DNA of 34,780 bases from a virus (lineage: Duplodnaviria > Caudoviricetes). The stretch lies in the IMG/VR virus record IMGVR_UViG_3300007735_000655, positions 1 to 34,780 of that record. One strand, 5' to 3'. The translations under genes were made by a program, and so were the position numbers. The notes beneath the pieces are model-generated. The model made no database searches. It had not been told where the DNA came from and saw only the letters and a list, made by a program, of their open reading frames with translations. Shown here in pieces: positions 28,101 to 34,780 of this stretch. Numbering within the stretch: the first letter of the stretch is position 1; every line of letters begins with the position of its first letter.

Positions 28101-29297
28101 CTAATCGTTGATCTGAATCTTGCCGCCCTTCGGTGGCACGAAACTCTGCAACCCGCCCTGCGTGATCAGCCACAACGCCGGGATGTCCACTCGCCATTTG
28201 ATATCGTCCTCCAAGTACCCATCGGTGAAGACAATTACACAGTCAGCAGTCAGGTTCTTGTTGAGGATGTAATCACTGACGCTGCTAACTCGCGTGCCGC
28301 CTCCGCCCATCGGTTTGAGCAGACTTGTGATGTTCTCGTAATTACCCTCGAACACCTGCTCGCCATGCACCTTCGTATCCCACCACAACACACGGATACG
28401 CTCGGGTGTGACGCTCTCACACAGTTCCCGAATGTGAGTCGCAACCTTGCCAATGTCATCATTGCTGATAGACCCTGACGTATCGATAGCGAGGATCACT
28501 TCGCCCACCGTCTCGTTGATTGACGATGGCAAGTAGTAATCATCAGCCAGTCGATGCTTGTTGAACCTACGCCATGTCAGTTCATCCGAACCGCGTACCG
28601 CTGACACCCAGAATTCTTGCAGCACTTCGCGCCAGTCAACCTGTGGTGCCATGAGTTCTTTGATGACGCGGGGGATCTTCGCGCCAAACTTGCCCGCCAG
28701 AATGCCGCCTTGGTGGATGGCATCATCCACATCGCGCTTGGCCTGACCCTGCTGCTCCTCGGTCATGCCCTCGTACGGCTGATCGTCATGCTCATCGAAT
28801 GATTCTTGTGGGCGACCGCCACCCTTGCCGCTTTCGCATTCCTTCTTCAAATACTCGTACACACGACGGACAGACCACCCGTGAAACATCGGGTCGTAGA
28901 AACAATTATCAGGTAGGGATGCAAGTTTCGGGTGCGACTTGTTGATCTCCATGATGATGTCATTCACCACGTAGTCCATCGCAATGTTAGCGAGCCGCCC
29001 GTTCTCCTTCATCAGATCACGGTGACGGGGAATATGCTTCAGCAACACGTGCAAGTTCTCGTGTAGCACTAGACCTGCGATCTCTTCGTCAGAGAGTTTC
29101 TCCATGAACGCACGACCGTATCGCTTGTTGTAGCCATCGGTGTACGCAGTCGGGCATTTACGCGGATCATCCACGATGCTCGACTCACCCATCAGGATCA
29201 CACCACCGTAGAGACAAGTCTCGGGATGCTTGATCAGTTTGATGTGTGCCTTCTTCAAACGTATCTCTATATCAACTTGCTTCGGTACTGCACTCAT
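28101..29297 (-). CDS. Metallopeptidase (HExxH) + vWA-like protein (DUF2201-like)
   Basis: 'TAYTDG', 'HENLH', 'NIAMDYVVN', MIDAS 'DTSGS', 'GGGGT', 'FTDG'. Confidence 0.85.
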   Translation of the reverse strand: MSAVPKQVDIEIRLKKAHIKLIKHPETCLYGGVILMGESSIVDDPRKCPTAYTDGYNKRYGRAFMEKLSDEEIAGLVLHENLHVLLKHIPRHRDLMKENGRLANIAMDYVVNDIIMEINKSHPKLASLPDNCFYDPMFHGWSVRRVYEYLKKECESGKGGGRPQESFDEHDDQPYEGMTEEQQGQAKRDVDDAIHQGGILAGKFGAKIPRVIKELMAPQVDWREVLQEFWVSAVRGSDELTWRRFNKHRLADDYYLPSSINETVGEVILAIDTSGSISNDDIGKVATHIRELCESVTPERIRVLWWDTKVHGEQVFEGNYENITSLLKPMGGGGTRVSSVSDYILNKNLTADCVIVFTDGYLEDDIKWRVDIPALWLITQGGLQSFVPPKGGKIQIND

Positions 29298-29473
29298 AAC
29301 TTCACCTCTGGATATCTAACTGTGATGGTCGCGCCCATCTCGCGGGTCAACTGCAACTCGGAATAGTCAAAAGTTTTCTTACGCATCAAGGTAGCGAGTA
29401 TCGTCGCCTCCTTGTTCTCAGGGTAAAACCTGACCGTTCCGTACGTTTCTTTCCGCATTACTACTACTTCCAT
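29294..29473 (-). CDS. Small phage hypothetical protein, 59 aa (not in ORF track)
   Basis: MEVVVMRKETYGTVRFYPENKEATILATLMRKKTF...; GAGGAG SD; ATGA overlap with the vWA gene. Confidence 0.6.
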   Translation of the reverse strand: MEVVVMRKETYGTVRFYPENKEATILATLMRKKTFDYSELQLTREMGATITVRYPEVKL

Positions 29474-29499
29474 AGACTCCTCACGGCATCATAAGTTCC
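29472..29499 (-). promoter_or_regulatory. sigmaE/RpoE-type promoter
   Basis: GGAACT-N16-GTCTAT (GGAACTT). Confidence 0.55.
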
Positions 29500-30557
29500 A
29501 AGTTCTTCATGCCCCACGCCTTGATCTGCTCGTTACGACTGGCGAGTTTGCTGATACGACCCTGCAATGCCATCGTAAAGAAACATTCTTGGACTTCATC
29601 GGAGCGGATACGATTCACGAACGTCATGAACGCAGACAGATCGTCCTGCGTTTCGATAGTGTCCACGGCATTGAACATCGTCAGGAACAACGCCGCTGCC
29701 TTCTCGGGCATCTGTACATTCTCAGGATCGTTGAGGATGGTCTTCACCGATACCAACTCCTTCTCAAGAGTCAGGAATGCCTCAAACGAATTAGCGAACG
29801 CGCTGCCACACGTACCGGCAAGAGCCGCCTTCGTCACCGCTCGACCCAACTTCTCGTAGTTCTTCACCACGACATCAACCTTGGCGAGGGATCGGGGTGT
29901 CACGAATGACAACACTCCACGACGCGACGGATTGAAAATAAACTCGTTGTCGTCCTGCCCACCATCAAGGTATGACGCAAGGCACTTCGGGTTCATCGCC
30001 ACCCATGCACGGATGCTGCGAGAGATACCCTTGTTCGATGCCCAGAGATTCCACTTCACGTGTCGTGGTTTATCCACATTGACCACCATCACACGATTGC
30101 CAGCGTGAGCGAGCATCGCATCGCCAACACCATCAGAGGAATGATTAGACGTTGCAAACACGATTGACCCAGCAGGCAATGCTCTATCGCCAATGGTTCT
30201 CTCCAACATCAGCCGGGTGAAGAGTGTCTGAAGAAGTTTGTTGGTCTTCATGAACTCGTCGAGCATGATGATCTTGGGCTTGGGCGAATCAAGTTTGAAC
30301 AGCGACGACACGTAAGACTCTAGTGCCTTGGTGTCATGGTTCGGGATACGCATCACGATGTCAGACAAGTCCATCACCGGACAGTCTGCATAGATATAGT
30401 CATACGCATCGCCGTAGCGCACCTCAAGTTCACGCAGTACGCTCGACTTGCCGATACCCGGCTCACCCTTCAGCACCACCGTGATCTCATGACCCACCGT
30501 CATGATCAGGTTCGGTACATCATCCAACGAAACAGGATCTTCGATTTGAATAGCCAT
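29481..30557 (-). CDS. MoxR-like AAA+ ATPase
   Basis: Walker A GEPGIGKS, Walker B IIMLDE, sensor ATSN, 'TPRS'; adjacent to the vWA gene. Confidence 0.85.
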   Translation of the reverse strand: MAIQIEDPVSLDDVPNLIMTVGHEITVVLKGEPGIGKSSVLRELEVRYGDAYDYIYADCPVMDLSDIVMRIPNHDTKALESYVSSLFKLDSPKPKIIMLDEFMKTNKLLQTLFTRLMLERTIGDRALPAGSIVFATSNHSSDGVGDAMLAHAGNRVMVVNVDKPRHVKWNLWASNKGISRSIRAWVAMNPKCLASYLDGGQDDNEFIFNPSRRGVLSFVTPRSLAKVDVVVKNYEKLGRAVTKAALAGTCGSAFANSFEAFLTLEKELVSVKTILNDPENVQMPEKAAALFLTMFNAVDTIETQDDLSAFMTFVNRIRSDEVQECFFTMALQGRISKLASRNEQIKAWGMKNLELMMP

Positions 30558-30570
30558 GCTGCTACCTCAC

Positions 30571-30586
30571 AGTATTAGTTAATACG
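30571..30586. promoter_or_regulatory. 16-bp palindromic operator-like site (1 mismatch)
   Basis: AGTATTA-GT-TAATACG, abutting the stop at 30587, upstream of the AAA RBS. Confidence 0.7.
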
Positions 30587-30796
30587 TTACCAATCGACAC
30601 AGTTATTGCAGTTACCAAAGAAGTCATCGCCCATGACGGGGATCAGTTCTTCGGGGGGATAGACAAGTATCATCTCGCCATCGATGGAATCTTCGTCATC
30701 CACGATCACTACATCACCGTTCCAATCAAACCTAATGATCTTCCCGGTGATGTCTTGGTCTCGCACCTTTACTCTTTGACCAATCTCAAACGACAT
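30587..30796 (-). CDS. Small SH3/KOW-like hypothetical protein
   Basis: 'FEIGQRVKV....GKI' beta-barrel pattern. Confidence 0.55.
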   Translation of the reverse strand: MSFEIGQRVKVRDQDITGKIIRFDWNGDVVIVDDEDSIDGEMILVYPPEELIPVMGDDFFGNCNNCVDW

Positions 30797-30802
30797 AGTT
30801 CC
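30775..30802 (-). promoter_or_regulatory. sigmaE/RpoE-type promoter
   Basis: GGAACT-N16-GTCAAA. Confidence 0.6.
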
Positions 30803-30805
30803 CCC

Positions 30806-31732
30806 TTACATCCCAAACTTACTGAGGATGTCATCAATACCTTCTTTGATGACGACACGCTGCGTATCTGAGTTCCGCAGTTTCTCAATCTCCACGCCGT
30901 CAAGCAGCCGCTCAAGTCCTGAGCGAGCCTCTTCCAGTCGAGGGTCAGCCGTCAGGTTAAATTTCTTGAACGTCTCACAGAGTTCCCGCGCTCTGTCGAG
31001 CGTCGAGTCATAAAGTTTTCTGCGACGGATCTTCACCTCGCCGTTATCGTCGATCACCGTCTCGGTCTCGCAGCAATGCGACAGCGACTTCATGATCTCG
31101 GTTAGTTGGGTGGTCTGCTTGCTCAGAATGTCCTCGACCAACCGCTTGGCCTGACGCTCGTAATGCTTAGACATATCTTCAGCCAAGTCCTGCGAGATAG
31201 CGCATCGGAAGTCGCCGGTCGGCACCTCGCTCTGAATCAGGTCGATGCTGAATTTGTGTCGCAGTTCAGATACATCGGGATACTCGCTGCGATTGAACAT
31301 AGTGCCTTGCACAAACGCCATGTTCGACACGATGCTCGGGTACTTGTCCAAGAAGTCATCCACCAGATCGTTAAACTTCTGCACGTGATCGCGGTACTCG
31401 GTATGGAACCTAGTCAGGTTAGCCACAGGTAGTAGGCGTTGCGATCCCGCCCAGTCGTACGTGCATCGCTGCATCCAGTTATAGATGGTCTGGCGATAGT
31501 TCAGCACCGCCTTGTGTTCGGCGTTCTTGGCAAGGAGATTCTTGACGAACTTGCCCGCGTCCTTGTCTGCCCGCTTCGCTGAAGTTACCTCTTCGCTGAT
31601 CTCACGATCCTGCACCGTCGCGTTCCATACGTGGCTCTCAATAGAGACCAACACGCACGATGTAGACAGGGACGTAATGTGCTTCGGCTTGTTCAGCAGT
31701 TCGTCGCTTACTCCACCCACTTGCATATCCAT
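30806..31732 (-). CDS. DUF3150-like conserved phage protein
   Basis: 308 aa; 'K.LL', 'F...YP', 'YPD...L..KF', 'FNLT.D..L' pattern; typical neighbour of AAA/vWA genes. Confidence 0.6.
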   Translation of the reverse strand: MDMQVGGVSDELLNKPKHITSLSTSCVLVSIESHVWNATVQDREISEEVTSAKRADKDAGKFVKNLLAKNAEHKAVLNYRQTIYNWMQRCTYDWAGSQRLLPVANLTRFHTEYRDHVQKFNDLVDDFLDKYPSIVSNMAFVQGTMFNRSEYPDVSELRHKFSIDLIQSEVPTGDFRCAISQDLAEDMSKHYERQAKRLVEDILSKQTTQLTEIMKSLSHCCETETVIDDNGEVKIRRRKLYDSTLDRARELCETFKKFNLTADPRLEEARSGLERLLDGVEIEKLRNSDTQRVVIKEGIDDILSKFGM

Positions 31733-31734
31733 GT

Positions 31735-31935
31735 TCAGTCCTCCGTATTAGGTAATACGCTCTTGGTTGATTCGATGTACTTCAATCTCTCGATATGGTC
31801 GCGGATATACCGCTGCCATGCGTTCTCGACTAGTAACTTAGACTCGGTTTCTAACTTTAAGTTCCGTAGGTCTTTCAACTTTTTCTCAGACTCACGTAAC
31901 TTCTTGGTCAGGCCTTCGATTGTGTTATCAATCAT
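31735..31935 (-). CDS. Small coiled-coil hypothetical protein
   Basis: 66 aa; contains a promoter motif and a palindrome. Confidence 0.55.
   Translation of the reverse strand: MIDNTIEGLTKKLRESEKKLKDLRNLKLETESKLLVENAWQRYIRDHIERLKYIESTKSVLPNTED
31744..31759. promoter_or_regulatory. 16-bp palindromic operator-like site
   Basis: CGTATTA-GG-TAATACG, merges with the GGAGG SD. Confidence 0.75.
31838..31865 (-). promoter_or_regulatory. sigmaE/RpoE-type promoter
   Basis: GGAACT-N16-GTCTAA (GGAACTT). Confidence 0.7.
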
Positions 31936-32167
31936 AGGAATACACCGCCTTCAAAGTCTCGTCGTTCATCAGCAGTCGCTTCTTGTATCCGTTGCCCACG
32001 TTCATGCACGTGAAGTAAAACAACGCACGGCCAAGGTTCCCCTTGACTGTGTATCTAGTCTTAAACGATGACTTGTACCGTCCCACCTGCACGTAGAATT
32101 CAGTCTCGCTTGAGTAGGCAATACGTTTGCCGTCCATCTCGCCTACCTTGATTTCGATTTGTTCCAT
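31928..32167 (-). CDS. Hypothetical protein
   Basis: 79 aa, GAAGG upstream. Confidence 0.6.
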   Translation of the reverse strand: MEQIEIKVGEMDGKRIAYSSETEFYVQVGRYKSSFKTRYTVKGNLGRALFYFTCMNVGNGYKKRLLMNDETLKAVYSYD

Positions 32168-32171
32168 ACCT

Positions 32172-32375
32172 TCACCCTCTTGCTACCTTGTTCAAACACT
32201 TCAGCAGCGCCCTATCGGACACCACCACGTAATTGCTCTTATGCATCGGCACGACTGTGTGCCGCACCTTCTTGGCATCAGCCTCGCCACAACGTAGGCA
32301 GGTAATGAATCCCGCTTCGACTCGCTTGGCTGCTACCTCTTCCGTTCGACAGACCACGCAGTAATTAGTTCCCAC
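32172..32375 (-). CDS. C4 zinc-finger protein, DksA/TraR-finger-like
   Basis: CVVC-x16-CLRC with 'EEV..KR.EA'; GGAGG SD. Confidence 0.6.
   Translation of the reverse strand: MGTNYCVVCRTEEVAAKRVEAGFITCLRCGEADAKKVRHTVVPMHKSNYVVVSDRALLKCLNKVARG
32345..32372 (-). promoter_or_regulatory. sigmaE/RpoE-type promoter
   Basis: GGAACT-N16-GTCGAA. Confidence 0.55.
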
Positions 32376-32385
32376 TTGCCACCTC

Positions 32386-32401
32386 CGTATTACTTAATAC
32401 G
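32386..32401. promoter_or_regulatory. 16-bp palindromic operator-like site
   Basis: CGTATTA-CT-TAATACG, contains a stop codon and merges with the GGAGG SD. Confidence 0.75.
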
Positions 32402-32575
32402 CTTGGCTCGGCTCAGGACTTGCCGGGTTAGCAGGGTCAGGGCGATCAGCCCCGCCGTGTAGTTCATTAGATATATCCACCCGCCTTGCGGGATCATGAA
32501 GGCTAGGGCTTGGGTTACGGCTATCGTGGCGAGGATTGTTAGGGCAAACTCCCACGCTCTCTTGTATCCGTTCAT
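32390..32575 (-). CDS. Small two-TM membrane protein
   Basis: 61 aa with two hydrophobic segments and a basic tail; AGGAG SD. Confidence 0.6.
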   Translation of the reverse strand: MNGYKRAWEFALTILATIAVTQALAFMIPQGGWIYLMNYTAGLIALTLLTRQVLSRAKRIK

Positions 32576-32842
32576 GTCACTCTCCTACCGCAGATGCGGT
32601 GATTAAATGGTTAATTAAAGTAATCACCCACGCGGAGACTGAAAGATCCGAAAAAACGAACCCAACAGTCTCCACTAGGCTGCTCACTCTTTGGCTTCGC
32701 AGCAGTTCTAGGCAGATACTCGGGACGGCTTCGGCTGTTATGCCTCTACCTCATGTCCCTAACGCTGCCGGGTGTATGTTGCCCACCCGTACCGGCTGAT
32801 GGGTCGCGTGATCTAGGCAGGGATGGATGTCCAGACTTGGCG

Positions 32843-32858
32843 CGTATTAGTTAATACG
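32843..32858. promoter_or_regulatory. 16-bp palindromic operator-like site
   Basis: CGTATTA-GT-TAATACG. Confidence 0.75.
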
Positions 32859-33074
32859 CTGTTCCCGTTAGTCCTCTTTTACGGACACCGACCCATGCCG
32901 ACTTGTCACCACTTGACCCTTCGCGTTGAGTGAGTACATCACCGGGAACTACGCGCACCCGACCCCTTGATATGGGGCCACCGTACCTTGCCATCGGTAC
33001 GTCGCGGCTCTGTCCACCGCGCCTTACCCTGCTACCGGCTTTCGGCTTGCAGTCTCGGGAACCGGCTCAAACTG

Positions 33075-33090
33075 CGTATTACTTAATACG
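33075..33090. promoter_or_regulatory. 16-bp palindromic operator-like site
   Basis: CGTATTA-CT-TAATACG, 40 bp downstream of a promoter -10. Confidence 0.75.
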
Positions 33091-33129
33091 CTGCGGCTCG
33101 CGCCGTTGTTTTTTGCCTGTTCTATATAG

Positions 33130-33157
33130 TTAGACAAGTCAAAACGGGAAAAGTTCC
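33130..33157 (-). promoter_or_regulatory. sigmaE/RpoE-type promoter
   Basis: GGAACT-N16-GTCTAA (GGAACTT) with phased A-tracts upstream. Confidence 0.75.
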
Positions 33158-33238
33158 CTGAGTTCTGTCGATTTTTGATGTTTTTGGTGATGTTTTTACT
33201 TGGAGGATCGAAATGGCGATTTTGGCGTGGCCTGTTAC

Positions 33239-33254
33239 CGTATTAGGTAATACG
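33239..33254. promoter_or_regulatory. 16-bp palindromic operator-like site
   Basis: CGTATTA-GG-TAATACG. Confidence 0.75.
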
Positions 33255-33267
33255 CTGCGGGGCGTTT

Positions 33268-33705
33268 TGTTCCAGTTTGTTCCACGGCAAGGGCTGTTTT
33301 GTTCCATTTGTTCCAAATGTTCCAAAATCGAAACTTGTCTTTTTCTTCAAAATTCGGGGGTAGGCGGTTTTGCGGGTCTGGCGTAAGTCGTTGTTTTTCC
33401 AGAGTAGTAGTAGTAGTAGTAGTATTTATATAGATAGATAGATAGAAGTGGAGGGGGAAAAAAGGCCTTGTTCCACGAAAAGGGGAAAATAGGGTATAAG
33501 GGGGAAAATTGAATTTTGCGGGGGGCGTGAGTTTATGACGTTAAGAAATGACGCTTGCCGCTCCCCCTCGCGCTGACCTGCTTAGCCTATTTTTGGAACA
33601 TTGGAACAAATGGAACAAAACGGTGTTTTCGCTTTATAAATCATGCACTTGCGTTGTTCCAACGTGAAAAGCGTTTTGGAACAAATGGAACAAGGCTCTG
33701 GAACA
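33268..33705. repeat. Iteron-like TGTTCCA/TGGAACA array (13 copies), candidate replication origin
   Basis: TGTTCCA at 33268, 33278, 33300, 33309, 33318, 33469, 33655; TGGAACA at 33594, 33602, 33611, 33677, 33686, 33699. Confidence 0.7.
33403..33446. repeat. Microsatellites (AGT)7 and (TAGA)4
   Basis: Read directly: 33403-33423 and 33431-33446. Confidence 0.9.
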
Positions 33706-33731
33706 AAGTCTTTGCGTGGCCTCCCGCAAAG

Positions 33732-33851
33732 AACTGGCATCGCGCAGAGAACTGGCATCGCTAAAGAGTCTAACTGGTATCAGACTAGGAACTGGCTTCA
33801 CCAGAACTGGTATCGCTAAAGAGTCTAACTGGTATCAGACTAGGAACTGGC
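33732..33851. repeat. AACTGG repeat array with 48-bp direct duplication
   Basis: AACTGG at 33732, 33750, 33772, 33790, 33805, 33827, 33845; 33749-33796 repeated at 33804-33851 with one mismatch. Confidence 0.85.
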
Positions 33852-33890
33852 CTCGCGGAGCGAGCCGGGCCGGGCCGGGCCGGGAACGGC

Positions 33891-33921
33891 AAAACCCCGA
33901 CCACCTTTCGGTGGCCGGGGT
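33891..33921 (-). terminator. Rho-independent terminator after the 199-aa gene
   Basis: Minus strand ACCCCGGCCACC-GAAA-GGTGGTCGGGGT-TTT: 12-bp stem, GNRA loop, short U tract. Confidence 0.7.
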
Positions 33922-33930
33922 CGCGTGGCG

Positions 33931-33946
33931 CGTATTAGTTAATACG
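33931..33946. promoter_or_regulatory. 16-bp palindromic operator-like site
   Basis: CGTATTA-GT-TAATACG, between the stop codon and the terminator. Confidence 0.75.
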
Positions 33947-33949
33947 CTG

Positions 33950-34549
33950 TCAGGCCTTGCGGGGGATCGGTTGCCGGGCTGCGACATGGGGCCGCGCTAC
34001 CTTGACCAGATTATCAAGGCCGTTCAGTAGGGCGAGCGCGCCGTCAGGCGACTTTTCGGACAGGATGACCAAGGCCTCAGTCACGAGCGCGAGCACGCCA
34101 GTAGGGTCGGGAAGTTTCTCGGCCTCAGTCTCGACCGGGGCATCGATAGCGTCGGGTATCAGTTTGGTGACGTTTTGCCGGAACGCGACCCGAACGTAGT
34201 CTTGCGCGGCCTTGCGGAGTTTAATTTCGGTATCGTTGAAGGCCTTGGCCGTTTTCTTGTCGGCCGTCCACAGGGTCACATCGTACCGGGTCGCGTCCAC
34301 AATCTCGCCACCAATTTCGCGTGGGGAAGTGAAGAAAGACTCTGCGAAAATCAGCCGGCCTTGCGCGTCAAACTCTTTCCATTCGTCGGAGTCTGTCACG
34401 GCCTTAATCTCGGCCATCGTCGGGCGCTCGGGGAACAGCGTCGGAACGTCGGCACGAATCTGCGCGAACGCTTCGGCCTTAGTCGAGTCGCCCTTGGCGA
34501 CCTTGCGGAGATTGGCGAGAATATCATTCAGGACAAGATTGGCGATCAT
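33950..34549 (-). CDS. Hypothetical protein, first gene of the leftward arm in this window
   Basis: 199 aa, GAGG SD, own promoter upstream and terminator downstream. Confidence 0.7.
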   Translation of the reverse strand: MIANLVLNDILANLRKVAKGDSTKAEAFAQIRADVPTLFPERPTMAEIKAVTDSDEWKEFDAQGRLIFAESFFTSPREIGGEIVDATRYDVTLWTADKKTAKAFNDTEIKLRKAAQDYVRVAFRQNVTKLIPDAIDAPVETEAEKLPDPTGVLALVTEALVILSEKSPDGALALLNGLDNLVKVARPHVAARQPIPRKA

Positions 34550-34597
34550 TTTGCTACCCTCAGTTACGTGACGCGATATTGCGTCGGTTACGTAGAA

Positions 34598-34625
34598 TTA
34601 GACCGGGCGGGTTCAGATTGGTTCC
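34598..34625 (-). promoter_or_regulatory. sigmaE/RpoE-type promoter
   Basis: GGAACC-N16-GTCTAA with AT-rich UP element upstream. Confidence 0.65.
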
Positions 34626-34661
34626 GTGATTTTTAAAAATTTTTAGTGGTATTTTCGCAAC

Positions 34662-34677
34662 CGTATTAACTAATACG
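34662..34677. promoter_or_regulatory. 16-bp palindromic operator-like site
   Basis: CGTATTA-AC-TAATACG, 37 bp upstream of a promoter -35. Confidence 0.75.
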
Positions 34678-34780
34678 CTGTCGCGCCGACGCCACAGGGA
34701 CGAAATCGGCCAGACCGAGACCCCACCGGTACCCGACCCCCCGAGCAGAAACAGGAGTCCCACAGTCTCACCCCTCCTCT

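Noticed and set aside
33749-33828. Plus-strand GAACT...GTCTAA within the 48-bp duplication as sigmaE promoters
   Set aside because: Spacer is 14 nt rather than 16 and the leading GG is missing; same spacing problem for GGAACTT at 26027.
32386-33946. CRISPR-like array from the palindromes or AACTGG repeats
   Set aside because: Repeats are too short, spacing is irregular, spacers are not unique or uniform, and there is no cas operon.
33122-34030. ORFs 33122-33325, 33555-33764 and 33716-34030
   Set aside because: Their peptide repeats (MEQ, GTN, RELAS) are just translations of the DNA repeats; no SD support.
25997-34677. Palindrome half-site TAATACG equals the first 7 nt of the T7 promoter
   Set aside because: Never followed by ACTCACTATAG, always part of an inverted repeat, and no single-subunit RNAP gene in the window.
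1-34780. tRNA, rRNA, integrase/att or IS elements
   Set aside because: No cloverleaf, recombinase or transposase signature recognised by eye; tRNAscan-SE and HMM searches would be needed to exclude them.
34700-34780. C-rich tract at the right edge as a packaging or late-promoter signal
   Set aside because: Truncated by the window and no terminase gene visible, so it cannot be supported.

Overview
A ~35 kb piece of a tailed dsDNA phage genome (podovirus-like, family-A DNA polymerase, probably proteobacterial host). Positions 1-9616 (+) carry the end of the virion module: putative internal/ejection proteins, ending in a 2142-aa polyvalent protein with a zincin HExxH motif, an ADP-ribosyltransferase-like domain and a PLxRFG-like domain. 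Positions 9617-34549 (-) form one convergent early/replication arm. It holds a primase-helicase, an HTH protein, an SNF2 helicase, HNH-like and PD-(D/E)XK nucleases, PolA (Leu762 type), a glycosyltransferase/methyltransferase cluster, VRR-NUC, a vWA-metallopeptidase + MoxR-like AAA pair and many small ORFs. A repeat-rich non-coding block lies at ~32580-33950. The most striking signals are regulatory. (i) Six co-oriented, identically spaced sigmaE/RpoE(AlgU)-type promoter motifs (GGAACY-N16-GTCNAW) are all confined to the early region. (ii) Ten copies of a 16-bp palindrome CGTATTA-NN-TAATACG (one with a single mismatch), plus two degenerate copies, sit mostly at gene junctions. (iii) An iteron-like inverted TGTTCCA array marks a candidate origin. 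All protein assignments come from motif recognition by eye; no database searches were run.
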